Below, in pieces: positions 9,235-20,424 of a stretch of DNA of 64,000 nucleotides. The first letter of the stretch is position 1, and every line of letters starts with the position of its first letter. The notes below the pieces were generated by a model. That model had not been told where the DNA came from, did not search any database, and saw nothing but the letters and a program-made list of their open reading frames with translations. This DNA is from Patescibacteria group bacterium (lineage in GTDB: Bacteria; Patescibacteriota; Patescibacteriia; 2-12-FULL-57-11): NCBI GenBank assembly GCA_004297205.1, contig SCUL01000002.1:722893-786892 (forward strand), given 5' to 3'. A program made the position numbers and the translations under genes.

Positions 9235-9603
9235 CTAGGGCGGGTCCTTCGACGCGGGAGATGAACCGATCTCCCGGTCGAGGTACTGGCGGATTTCCTC
9301 CTGCAGGCGGAAGAGGTCGGCCGTGATGTCCATGAACGCGTAGGTCGTCACGAAGGCGTAGGCGAAGTCCGAGAAGAAATCGCCGCGCGGCGGCCCCAGG
9401 GACGGCAACGCCATGAAGACGAGCGGCAGCGTCACCATCATCCCCACGCAGTAGGGGATGATGAACAGGCGCAGCCGGAACTCCCGTCGCATGCGGTGCT
9501 TCACGACCGGCATGATGATCTTGTAGGAAAGAGCGGCGATGAGGCCGAACAGGTAGGCCCAGCTGGTGTAAAACGGTCCGTCCACGACTACCTCCATGAC
9601 CAC
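9235..9603 (-). CDS. Hypothetical membrane protein (orphan)
   Basis: Three hydrophobic segments; fills the gap between yraN and cysS. Confidence 0.6.
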   Translation of the reverse strand: MVMEVVVDGPFYTSWAYLFGLIAALSYKIIMPVVKHRMRREFRLRLFIIPYCVGMMVTLPLVFMALPSLGPPRGDFFSDFAYAFVTTYAFMDITADLFRLQEEIRQYLDREIGSSPASKDPP

Positions 9604-9666
9604 CTGAACACGCCGGAGGCACGATTGTCAATGCGCGCCCGCTTCGGTACGCTGGTCACGTTTTCT

Positions 9667-11094
9667 ATGCCGTTGCGCCTCCACAACACCGCCTCCGGGA
9701 AGAAAGAGGAGTACCGCTCCGCCAAGGCACGGGAGGTGACGATGTACACCTGCGGTCCGACGGTCTACAACGTCGCCCACATCGGCAACTTGTCGTCGTT
9801 TTTGGCCGCCGACGTGCTGCGCCGCTGGCTTGCCGCCTCCGGATACGCGGTGCGTCACGTCATGAACATCACGGACGTGGACGACAAGACGATCCGCGGC
9901 GCGCGGGAAGCCGGCAAGTCGCTCGGCGAATTCACCGCCCGGTACGAAGCGCTGTTTCGCACCGACCTGGAGCGGCTGAACGTGCTGGAGCCCGTCTTCG
10001 TGCACGCCACGAAGAATATCGAAGCCATGGTGGCGGATGTGCAGGCGCTGCTCAAAAAGGGCTTGGCGTATGAGAAGGACGGCTCCGTGTATTTCGCCAT
10101 CGAGAAGTTTCCCGGCTACGGCGCGCTCGCCGGCCTTGAGAAGCGGAACGCCGCTCCGGCCAAGCATCGTGTCGATGCGGACGACTACGACAAGGATGCG
10201 GCCGAAGACTTCGTGCTTTGGAAGGGCTGGAAGGAAGAGGACGGCGAGGTCTATTGGGAGACGCCGCTCGGCAAAGGCCGTCCCGGCTGGCACATCGAGT
10301 GCTCGGCCATGATCCGCCGGCACCTCGGCGACCAGATCGACGTCCACACCGGCGCCGCGGACCTGGTGTTCCCGCACCACACCAACGAGATCGCCCAGGC
10401 CGAAGGCGTCACGGGGAAGCGCCCCTTCGTCCGCTTCTGGTTCCATCGCGGCTTCCTGACGGTCGACAACGAAAAGATGGCCAAACGCATCGGCAACGTG
10501 CTCGCACTTTCAGACGTCGCGAAGAACGAGCTCGAAGCGCTGGCCTTCCGCTGGGCCATCGTCTCCTCGCACTACCGCACGCCGCTGAACTTCACCGATC
10601 AGTCGATGCCGGCCGCCAAGGCCGCGCTCGGCCGTCTGCTTGCCGCCGCCGACCGGCTGGAGGCGTGGGAAACGAAGAGCGCGGCTGCCGACAGCGCTGC
10701 CGTCGCGGTTGCCATCGACGCGGCGCGGAAAGATTTTTCCGCTGCCATGGACGACGACCTGAACACGCCCGCGGCCGCGGCCGCCATCTTCGACGCCGTG
10801 AAGCTGGCCGAACGGCCGGAACTTTCCAAAGGCGACGCGCTGCTCGTGTCCGAGTTTTTGGAGGAGGCGGACGCCGTGTTCGGCGTCGTTGCCGCGGGCC
10901 TGCCGTATTGGCGCGCTGCGGTGAAACGGCCGCTGTCCGCCGAGGAAGCGGCAACGCTCGAGAAATGGGAAGAAGCGCGCACCGCAAAAAGATATGAAGA
11001 AGCCGATGCCTTGCGCGTCGAATTGAAGGCGCAGGGAATCGACGTGCGCAACACGCCGGGCGGGACCGTCTGGCAGCGCGACCCCTGGGCTTGA
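9667..11094 (+). CDS. cysS: Cysteinyl-tRNA synthetase
   Basis: MYTCGPTVYNVAHIGN, DFVLWK, GRPGWHIECSAM, FPHHTNE, KMAKR, AMDDDLNTP. Confidence 0.97.
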   Translation: MPLRLHNTASGKKEEYRSAKAREVTMYTCGPTVYNVAHIGNLSSFLAADVLRRWLAASGYAVRHVMNITDVDDKTIRGAREAGKSLGEFTARYEALFRTDLERLNVLEPVFVHATKNIEAMVADVQALLKKGLAYEKDGSVYFAIEKFPGYGALAGLEKRNAAPAKHRVDADDYDKDAAEDFVLWKGWKEEDGEVYWETPLGKGRPGWHIECSAMIRRHLGDQIDVHTGAADLVFPHHTNEIAQAEGVTGKRPFVRFWFHRGFLTVDNEKMAKRIGNVLALSDVAKNELEALAFRWAIVSSHYRTPLNFTDQSMPAAKAALGRLLAAADRLEAWETKSAAADSAAVAVAIDAARKDFSAAMDDDLNTPAAAAAIFDAVKLAERPELSKGDALLVSEFLEEADAVFGVVAAGLPYWRAAVKRPLSAEEAATLEKWEEARTAKRYEEADALRVELKAQGIDVRNTPGGTVWQRDPWA

Positions 11095-11159
11095 CGCCGT
11101 CTTTTTCTCTTGATACCTTGCATGCGTACTGACTCGAGCTTTTAGGCTCGAGTCATTTT
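11091..11159 (+). promoter_or_regulatory. Promoter and leader hairpin upstream of nusA
   Basis: TTGACG-N17-TACCTT, then TGACTCGAGC-TTTTAG-GCTCGAGTCA-TTTT. Confidence 0.6.
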
Positions 11160-11173
11160 CATGAGACGCACGC

Positions 11174-12436
11174 ATGTCCAGCCCCATTGTCCAAGCCATC
11201 CAGCAGATCTGCGACGAAAAAGGCATCTCCTACGATGCCGTGATCGAGACGATCGAGGCCGCGCTCGCCGCCGCCTACCGCAAGGATTTCGGCCAAAAGA
11301 ATCAGAACATCAAAGTGACCTTCGAGCCCGAGATGGGCGGGTCGCGCGTCTTCGACGTGAAGACCGTGGTCTCCGACGAGTTCGTCGAGAAGGCGCTGAA
11401 GGAAATGGAAGAGAAGGCCGCTGCCGCCGCCGCGGCGCTGGCTGCGGGAGAACCGCTGCCGCTCGTCGAGCCGGAAATGGCAAAGGTGCCGGTCGGCGAA
11501 GTGGTCGCTTCCGGCGAGCCGACCGAGGAAGAGAAGTACAACCCCAAGCTGCATCTTTCGCTGACCGAAGCGCGGGCCATCAAGCCCGACGCCCAGATCG
11601 GCGACACGCTGACGATCGAGCTTGAGGTGCCGGCCGCCTACGGCCGCATGGCCGCCCAGACCGCCAAGCAGGTCATCACCCAGCGGCTGCGCGAAGCCGA
11701 GCGCTTCAAGCTGTTTGAAGAGTTCAAAGGCAAGGAAGGGGAGATGCTGGTCGGCGTCGTGCAGCGGCGCGAAGGCCGCGTCATGCTCGTCGACCTCGGC
11801 CGCGTCACCGGCGTCATGCTCTCCGAGGACCAGATGCCGACCGAACGCTACAACCCCGGCGACCGCGTGAAGGTGTTCGTGACCGCCGTGGCCATGACGA
11901 GCAAGGGCCCGGAGATCCGGCTGACCCGTACGCATCCGGAAATGGTCCGTAAGCTGTTCATGTTGGAAATTCCGGAAGTCGCCTCCGGCGCCGTGCTCAT
12001 CCACGCCATCGCCCGCGAACCGGGCAGCCGCACCAAGGTGGCCGTTTCTTCGACGCAGGAAAACGTCGATCCGATCGGCTCCTGCATCGGCCAGCGCGGC
12101 AGCCGCATCCAGACCATCATCTCGGAAATCGGCGGCGAAAAGATCGACATCATCGAGTGGAACGCCGACGCCGCGCCGTTCATCAAGAACGCCTTGTCGC
12201 CGGCGCGGGTGGAACGCGTCGAGCTCGACGAGCCGACGAAGACCGCCAAAGTCCTCGTGGCGCGCGACCAGCTGTCGCTTGCCATCGGCCGCGGCGGACA
12301 GAACGTGCGGCTTGCCGCGCGCCTGACCGGTTGGAAGATCAACGTCGTCGAAGCCGAAGCCCCGGCGGCGGAAGAAGCCGTCGCTGAAGCGCCCGCTGCA
12401 GAGGCACCGGCCGAAGAGGCTCCGAAAGCCGAGTAA
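11174..12436 (+). CDS. nusA: Transcription termination/antitermination factor NusA
   Basis: YGRMAAQTAKQVITQRLREAER, S1 and KH domains, AREPGSRTKVAV, LSLAIGRGGQNVRLAARLTGWKI. Confidence 0.98.
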   Translation: MSSPIVQAIQQICDEKGISYDAVIETIEAALAAAYRKDFGQKNQNIKVTFEPEMGGSRVFDVKTVVSDEFVEKALKEMEEKAAAAAAALAAGEPLPLVEPEMAKVPVGEVVASGEPTEEEKYNPKLHLSLTEARAIKPDAQIGDTLTIELEVPAAYGRMAAQTAKQVITQRLREAERFKLFEEFKGKEGEMLVGVVQRREGRVMLVDLGRVTGVMLSEDQMPTERYNPGDRVKVFVTAVAMTSKGPEIRLTRTHPEMVRKLFMLEIPEVASGAVLIHAIAREPGSRTKVAVSSTQENVDPIGSCIGQRGSRIQTIISEIGGEKIDIIEWNADAAPFIKNALSPARVERVELDEPTKTAKVLVARDQLSLAIGRGGQNVRLAARLTGWKINVVEAEAPAAEEAVAEAPAAEAPAEEAPKAE

Positions 12437-12447
12437 CCGCATCTCCC

Positions 12448-13239
12448 ATGATCGCGCAGATCTACAACGCCGTCTTCTACCAGCCGATTTTCAACCTGCT
12501 GGTCTGGCTGTACGAGGTCGTGCCCGGTCAGGACATCGGTATCGCCATCATCCTGATCACGATCATCCTGAAGGTCGTACTCTTCCCGTTCTCGCTCCAG
12601 TCGCTCAAGAGCCAGCGCGCCATGAACGCGCTGCAACCGAGGTTGAAGGCGCTGCAGGACCAGTACAAGGACGACAAGGAGAAACAGGCCAAGGCCGTGA
12701 TGGAGCTGTACGCGTCCGAGAAGGTCAGTCCGTTCTCGTCCTGCTTGCCGCTCATCATCCAGCTGCCGTTCCTGTTCGCGCTCTATCATGCGCTCCAAAA
12801 GGGGCTCACAAACGGCGGTTTCGAGCAGCTCTATCCGTTCGTGGCCCATCCGGGGACGATCGACGCCATGTTCCTGGGCGTCGTCGACCTGGCCGCGCGT
12901 TCTTGGCCCCTGGCCCTGCTCGCCGGTCTGACCCAGCTCTGGCAGACGTTGATGCTCTCTCCGAAGCCCAACCCCGCCGCCAAAGTTCCGGGCTCCAAGG
13001 ACGAAGACACCATGGCCGCGGTCAACCGGCAGATGACCTATCTCATGCCGGTCATGACCTTCATCATCGGCCTGCAGTTCCCCGGCGGCCTCGCCCTGTA
13101 CTGGCTGGTCATGAACCTGCTGACCGTCGGCCAGCAGTGGCTGTTCTTCCAGAAGGAACCCAAGAAGCCGGATGCGCCGTCCCTGCCCACGCCGCCGACG
13201 CCGCCCTCCGGGCACGCCGCAGTGGGGCCGGTCGTGTAG
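12448..13239 (+). CDS. yidC: Membrane protein insertase YidC/Oxa1
   Basis: GIAIILITIILKVVLFP, LQPRLKALQ, SCLPLIIQLP, PGGLALYW. Confidence 0.95.
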   Translation: MIAQIYNAVFYQPIFNLLVWLYEVVPGQDIGIAIILITIILKVVLFPFSLQSLKSQRAMNALQPRLKALQDQYKDDKEKQAKAVMELYASEKVSPFSSCLPLIIQLPFLFALYHALQKGLTNGGFEQLYPFVAHPGTIDAMFLGVVDLAARSWPLALLAGLTQLWQTLMLSPKPNPAAKVPGSKDEDTMAAVNRQMTYLMPVMTFIIGLQFPGGLALYWLVMNLLTVGQQWLFFQKEPKKPDAPSLPTPPTPPSGHAAVGPVV

Positions 13240-13281
13240 GAGGGTGTGGGGGGTCGGGCGTAGGGTGTAGGATGTTGCGGT

Positions 13282-14217
13282 ATGGATCCCGTTGCGCGCG
13301 CAGTTCTCGCCACCGTCGCCTACTTCGACCTGTTCCAGGTTCCGCTCACGGCTCTTGAAGTCTGGCGGAACCTGTTTTGGTCTGCGGGTGCCCCGCCCGG
13401 ACTCGGCGACGTCGAAGCGGCCATCGCCCGGCTCGTCGCCGAAGGAAAACTGACGTCGCAGGAAGGCTACGTCTCGCTGCCCGGCGGCGCGCCGGCGTCG
13501 CTGCGTTTGATGCGCGAGGCCGACGCGCTGCGCAAATGGCGTCGCCTGCGTTTCGGCGCGCGATTGCTTTCCGCCGTGCCGTTCCTGCAGGGGATCGCCG
13601 CCGTGAACACGTTGCCGATCGGCGCGTCGCGGCGGGAGTCCGACATCGACGTGCTGCTCGTGGCGCGCGCCGGCCGCCTGTATACGATGCGTTTCATCGC
13701 GGTGGTGGCGGCAACGCTCTTCGGCCTGTATCGCAGCGGGGAACACGTCGCCGATCAATTGTGCCTGTCGTTTTCCGTGAGCGAACGCGCCCTCGACGTC
13801 ATGCCGCTCGCCAAATCCGGCGGCGATCCGTATCTGCAGTTCTGGGTGGCCAACGTCCATGTCGTCGCCGAGCGGGACGGCGTGTTCGACGCCTTCTGGC
13901 GGACCAACGCGCCCCTCTTGGTGCAGCTGCCGAACGCCCGCTTGCGCCGCCTGCCGAAACTCGTCCGCGCGCCGCGTCTTCTTTCCGCGCTGCGCGATGC
14001 GTCCGAGCGTCTCCTTGTCGGCTCCTTCGGTGACCGTGTCGAAGCCTGGGCCAAGCGTTTCCAGATGCGCCGTTTCGCGGCAAACACGCAAAGCCGGGCG
14101 CGGCGCGGCGGCACCGACGTCGTCATCGCGGACGACATCCTGAAATTCCACGAGCGCGACCGACGCGAAGAAATCCGGACGCGTTGGGCAGAGCGGCGCG
14201 GCACGCTTGGCGTATGA
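13282..14217 (+). CDS. Conserved hypothetical protein with a nucleotidyltransferase-like motif
   Basis: N-terminal YFDLFQVPLT..E.W (wHTH-like); RRESDIDVLLVA...LCLSF resembles a Pol-beta NTase DxD motif. Confidence 0.6.
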   Translation: MDPVARAVLATVAYFDLFQVPLTALEVWRNLFWSAGAPPGLGDVEAAIARLVAEGKLTSQEGYVSLPGGAPASLRLMREADALRKWRRLRFGARLLSAVPFLQGIAAVNTLPIGASRRESDIDVLLVARAGRLYTMRFIAVVAATLFGLYRSGEHVADQLCLSFSVSERALDVMPLAKSGGDPYLQFWVANVHVVAERDGVFDAFWRTNAPLLVQLPNARLRRLPKLVRAPRLLSALRDASERLLVGSFGDRVEAWAKRFQMRRFAANTQSRARRGGTDVVIADDILKFHERDRREEIRTRWAERRGTLGV

Positions 14218-15443
14218 AAATGATCCGCGTTGTTCACACCTGGGCGCTGCCGGCCGTTGTCTTCCTGATCCCCTGGGGCGCGCGGGTGATCTTCCTCCAG
14301 CCGCAGGTGGACGGCGTGACGGTCGAAGCGTTGACGCTGTCGCTGTTCGCGGTCGAGCTGCTCGTCTATGTTGCCGCGGCAGTGAGCGTGCGCACGGTCC
14401 GACGACGGCCGTCGTCCGCGCCCCGCCGCGCCGAGTTCGTGCTGTTCGTGCTCGTGCTCTGGGCGCTGGCCTCCGCGCTGTGGTCGCCGGTCCCGGCGTT
14501 GGCCATGCAGGCCGCGGTACGCCTGCTTGCCGCCGCGCTCCTGTTGTATCTGCTGGCGCGCCAGGAAGACCTCGGCCGCGTCCGAGATGCGTTCCTGCTG
14601 TCTGCCGCGCTCCAGGCCGGGCTGGGACTGTGGCAGCTGTTCGCCCATGAGATCGGCGCATCGACCCTCTTGGGCGTGGCCGCCCAGCACGCCGCCGGTC
14701 CCTCGGCGGTGATCGAGAGCGCGGCCGGCCGTCTGCTGCGCGCCTACGGCACCTTCCCGCATCCCAACGTGCTCGGTGGGTTCCTGGCCGCCGCCCTCGT
14801 CGTCGCGCTCGCCGACTGGCGGCAGGGGAGGGCGGGGATCGTAGTGTCCGGGGCCGTGCCGCTCATCGCCGCCGGACTGCTGGCCTCGTTTTCCCGGAGT
14901 GCCTGGATCGCCGCCGCCGCGGGCGCGTTCGTCCTTGTGGCGTATCTGCGCCTCGATCATCGGCTGTGGCTGCGGCTGGTCGCAGTCGGCGTGGTCGGCA
15001 TCCTCTTTGCTATCCTGGTCCAGCCGTATCTCGTGGCCCGCGTCACCGCGGACGGCCGCCTCGAAGAACGCTCCATCAATGAACGTAAACTCGCCCTCAT
15101 CCAAGCGCGCGGCATCTTCCTCGCCGCGCCGCTGACCGGCGTGGGCATCGGGCAAACGGTGCCCGCGCTCATCCGCGCCGGGGAGCCGCTGCTCGAGCCG
15201 CCGCACCTGGTGCCGGCCGTGGTCATCACCGAACTCGGACCGGTCGGTTTGCTGCTTGCTGCCGCGTTTCTCCTGACGTTGTTTCCCCGCGGCCGTCGCG
15301 TCTCACCGGAGGCGGCGGCGCTGGCCGCCTGCGCGGCCGTCCTTTCCCTGTTTGATCACTATCTGTGGACCGCGGTGCCGGGCCTGCTGCTCGGTGCATT
15401 GATCTTTGCTTTGCTGCTTGACCATCCGCGTCAGACCCCGTAA
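14214..15443 (+). CDS. O-antigen ligase (Wzy_C) family membrane protein
   Basis: RAYGTFPHPNVLGG, SFSRSAW, PLTGVGIG, PPHLV...ELG. Confidence 0.9.
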   Translation: MKMIRVVHTWALPAVVFLIPWGARVIFLQPQVDGVTVEALTLSLFAVELLVYVAAAVSVRTVRRRPSSAPRRAEFVLFVLVLWALASALWSPVPALAMQAAVRLLAAALLLYLLARQEDLGRVRDAFLLSAALQAGLGLWQLFAHEIGASTLLGVAAQHAAGPSAVIESAAGRLLRAYGTFPHPNVLGGFLAAALVVALADWRQGRAGIVVSGAVPLIAAGLLASFSRSAWIAAAAGAFVLVAYLRLDHRLWLRLVAVGVVGILFAILVQPYLVARVTADGRLEERSINERKLALIQARGIFLAAPLTGVGIGQTVPALIRAGEPLLEPPHLVPAVVITELGPVGLLLAAAFLLTLFPRGRRVSPEAAALAACAAVLSLFDHYLWTAVPGLLLGALIFALLLDHPRQTP

Positions 15444-15465
15444 GAGAGGGGGAGGAGGACAGAAG

Positions 15466-16197
15466 ATGGACGTTGCAATCGACGACGCGCCGCAATCGGC
15501 GCCGACACACCCGCGCATCCTGCCGATCCTGCGTCGACTGGTGTCCGACCCGTGCCGCGAGTGGATCGACTCGCCGGACAGCAGCAGCGTTTTCGACTGG
15601 GGGGATTTCCGCTACTGCCGGCAACGCCGCGAGGACGGGCTGACCGTCTTCATCGGTCTGACGAGTCGGGAGATGCCGGACCGCTTCGCCGTCGAGAAGA
15701 TCGAGTGGTCGCCGGTCTGGCCGGCGGACGAGAGCAGGCCGACCACGGGGCGGAAGTTCGAACTGTGGTGCGCGGAGCTCCTCGCCCGCGGTCAGGCGCT
15801 TCCGTCGATCGACGGGCGCATTCCCGCGGTCGGCATCGATTCCTGGCGCGGTTGCAGCGGCGGTGGCGGGTCGCGGCCGTACCACATCCTCGTGGAGCGC
15901 GCCCAGGTGCTCGCCCATCTCGAGGAGCTGGACGGGCGACAAGGCGGATTACGGCACAAGCGCTGCGGCATCTCGCGCGGCAACGTCGTCTTGCTGTTCC
16001 CGCAGATCGACGAGAACGACTTCTCGCGCAGGCACGGTTTCAAGTTCCTGGTGGAGAACCGGGACGCCGCCGACGAGCTCTCGCGTCGCTGGACCGGGAT
16101 GAAGCCCGCCGACGCGCGTACGTTTGCCGCCGACATTCAGGCAATCAGCGCGCTGCTCGAGGATCCGGAGATCGCCGCCCTGGAGTGGCCCAAGTAA
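15466..16197 (+). CDS. Hypothetical protein (orphan)
   Basis: Strong GGAGGAGG SD before ATG 15466; downstream hairpin + T-tract; no recognised motif. Confidence 0.6.
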   Translation: MDVAIDDAPQSAPTHPRILPILRRLVSDPCREWIDSPDSSSVFDWGDFRYCRQRREDGLTVFIGLTSREMPDRFAVEKIEWSPVWPADESRPTTGRKFELWCAELLARGQALPSIDGRIPAVGIDSWRGCSGGGGSRPYHILVERAQVLAHLEELDGRQGGLRHKRCGISRGNVVLLFPQIDENDFSRRHGFKFLVENRDAADELSRRWTGMKPADARTFAADIQAISALLEDPEIAALEWPK

Positions 16198-16258
16198 GGA
16201 GTAGCGTCTTCGGACGCGGTCGCGAAAGCGGCCTTTTCTTTTTCCACCGCGCGGGTTC

Positions 16259-16287
16259 TTGACGTTTTACCGGCTTTTTTCTACACT
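16259..16287 (+). promoter_or_regulatory. Sigma70 promoter of groESL
   Basis: TTGACG-N17-TACACT. Confidence 0.75.
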
Positions 16288-16297
16288 ACCGCCCGAA

Positions 16298-16324
16298 ATA
16301 GCACTCTCCCGTTTTGAGTGCTAA
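16298..16324. promoter_or_regulatory. CIRCE element (HrcA operator)
   Basis: ATAGCACTC-N9-GAGTGCTAA versus consensus TTAGCACTC-N9-GAGTGCTAA, directly upstream of groES. Confidence 0.95.
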
Positions 16325-16354
16325 TCGGGAATTTTTAACCATTTCGGCACACCT

Positions 16355-18275
<1,921 letters not shown>

Positions 18276-18287
18276 AGGAGACGCACG

Positions 18288-18313
18288 CACCCCCGCCATT
18301 GGCGGGGGTGTTT
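18288..18313 (+). terminator. Terminator after groEL
   Basis: CACCCCCGCC-ATT-GGCGGGGGTG-TTT. Confidence 0.8.
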
Positions 18314-18354
18314 CGTTATAAAAAAGAGGACCGCGGCGCGCCGGGGCGCAGCGG

Positions 18355-18726
18355 TCAGCGGGAGACGCAGATGTCGATCGCGTCGGCCCGGTCGGTCGGG
18401 TGCATGCCGAGCTGCAGATGGGGTTCCGCGTGCAGCTCGAGCGCGGCCTTGAGGTAGTGCGTCACGGCGGCCATGATCTGACCGAGCTCTTCGGTGACGA
18501 GCAGCCGTTCCTCATCCGTGACCGTGAGCGGCAGCGGTTTGCCCTCCTTGTGGGCGCGGAACGCCAGCGTCGCCAACCGGGAGACGAGGGTCTGGTAGCC
18601 GACGTCGTCGGGGGCGCGTTGCGCCGGCGGATTGGCTGCGAGCGCTGCTTCCATCAGCTCCGCCGCGGTCGGCGGACACTTGTGCTTTCCCGTGATGTGC
18701 CGGAAGACCGAGCCGATGCTGGGCAT
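18355..18726 (-). CDS. Hypothetical protein (orphan)
   Basis: AAGGAG SD before ATG 18726; TTGACG-N17-TAGCTT upstream; hairpin + T-tract downstream. Confidence 0.55.
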   Translation of the reverse strand: MPSIGSVFRHITGKHKCPPTAAELMEAALAANPPAQRAPDDVGYQTLVSRLATLAFRAHKEGKPLPLTVTDEERLLVTEELGQIMAAVTHYLKAALELHAEPHLQLGMHPTDRADAIDICVSR

Positions 18727-18911
18727 CGAGCGTTTTCTCCTTGGATTCCGGGGGTCCCGGAGTCCGCAGCACAAGCTACTCCTGGTCCGGGCGGACGTCA
18801 AAGCGGCGTAGGGGATGGAAGGGGCCCGTCAACGGCCTGATTGCCGCACGGTACCGGGCGTGCTATCCTTTTCGTGCCTATTATACCTATTTCCTTTCGG
18901 GAAACGGACCT

Positions 18912-19256
18912 ATGGAAGAGATGCAGAAACCGATGCCGCAGGGCGGCGACAAAGACGTCGAAGAAAACAAGTTGATCGCGGCGATCAGCTACATTTCCGT
19001 GCTCTGCCTCGTGGGCTTGCTCGGGAAAAAGGACAGTCCGTACGTGCAGTATCACGCCAAACAGGGCTTTGTCCTGTTCATCGCCGCCATCGCCTTTATG
19101 GTCATCGGCATCGTGCCGATCCTGGGCTGGATCATCAGCTTCTTCGGTTCGATCGCGGTCCTCGTGCTGTCCATCATGGGCATCATCAACGCCATCGGCG
19201 GAAAGAAGACGGATCTGCCGCTCGTCGGCGAGTGGGCGAAGAAGGTCAACCTGTAA
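18912..19256 (+). CDS. DUF4870-like membrane protein
   Basis: ENKLIAAISY...KKDSPYVQYHAKQG...IVPILGW...LPLVG. Confidence 0.85.
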   Translation: MEEMQKPMPQGGDKDVEENKLIAAISYISVLCLVGLLGKKDSPYVQYHAKQGFVLFIAAIAFMVIGIVPILGWIISFFGSIAVLVLSIMGIINAIGGKKTDLPLVGEWAKKVNL

Positions 19257-19260
19257 AGTC

Positions 19261-20383
19261 ATGAAGGACTTGGTCGAACGCGCTGCTGCTCTTCAGGCGA
19301 AGATCGCCTCCGCATGGAGGTTACTTTGACCTGGAGAAACGAAAAACCGACATCGCCGCCCTCGAGGCGGACATGAACGCCCCCGGGTTCTGGCAGGACT
19401 CGGAACAGGCCCAGCGCGTTTCGGCCAAACACGCCGCGCTCGCCAAAGAGCTCGGCGCTTGGGATGCCTTGCGCCGCGAGACCGATGATCTCGCGGCGCT
19501 TGCCGTTGACGGGGATGAGTCGCTGCGCGAGGAGATCACGGCATCGCTTGCCGACGCCGAGAAGCGTTATGGGAAACTGGAATTCACGGTGTTGTTTTCC
19601 GGAAGCCACGATAGCGCCAACGTCATCATGGCCTTCCACGCCGGGACCGGCGGCACGGAGGCCATGGACTGGAGCGCCATGCTGCTGCGCATGGTCCTGC
19701 GTTATTGCGAGCGGAAAGGTTTCCGCGCCCGTATCATCGACGAGCACCGCGGCGCCGAAGCCGGCATCAAAAGCGCCACGGTCAGCATCGAAGGGCCCTA
19801 CGCCTACGGCACTCTCAAGAGCGAACATGGCGTGCACCGGCTGGTCCGCATTTCCCCGTTCGACGCCGAAAAGATGCGCCACACCTCCTTCGCGCTGATC
19901 GAAGTCATGCCCGAACTCGGCGACGTCGAGGAAGTGCCGATCGAGTCCAAGGACATCCGCGTCGATACCTACCTTTCGTCCGGCCATGGCGGCCAGAGCG
20001 TGCAGACGACGTATTCGGCGGTCCGCATCACCCATCTCCCGACCGGCATCGTCGTGACCTGCCAGAACGAGCGCAGCCAGCAGCAGAACCGGGAGACGGC
20101 CATGAAGATTCTGCGCGCCAAACTCGCGGCCCTGGCCGACCTGGAGCGCGAAAAGGAAAAGCAGGAGCTGCGCGGCGCCTACACGAGCGCCGAGTGGGGC
20201 AACCAGATCCGCTCCTACGTGCTGCAACCGTATCAGATGGTGAAAGACCACCGGACGGGCCATCAGACGTCGGATACCGACGGCGTGCTCGACGGCGATA
20301 TCGACGCCTTCATCGAGGCCTATCTGCGCTGGATCAAAGAAGGGCGGCCGAACCGGAAAACCGCAGCCAAAGACGAGTTGTAG
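19261..20383 (+). CDS. prfB: Peptide chain release factor 2 with programmed +1 frameshift
   Basis: ATG 19261; GGAGG-TTA-CTT-TGA-C at 19316-19330; the +1 frame carries SPF and GGQ. Confidence 0.97.
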
Positions 20384-20424
20384 GGGCGCGGTTTTCGCGC
20401 CCTTCGTGATAGAATGCATCCGCT

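Noticed and set aside
10474-10490. CysRS KMAKR instead of KMSKS as a sign of inactivation
   Set aside because: Zinc ligands and other motifs are intact; within normal class I variation
19261-19372. prfB as a broken pseudogene
   Set aside because: Canonical programmed frameshift CTT-TGA-C with an upstream SD
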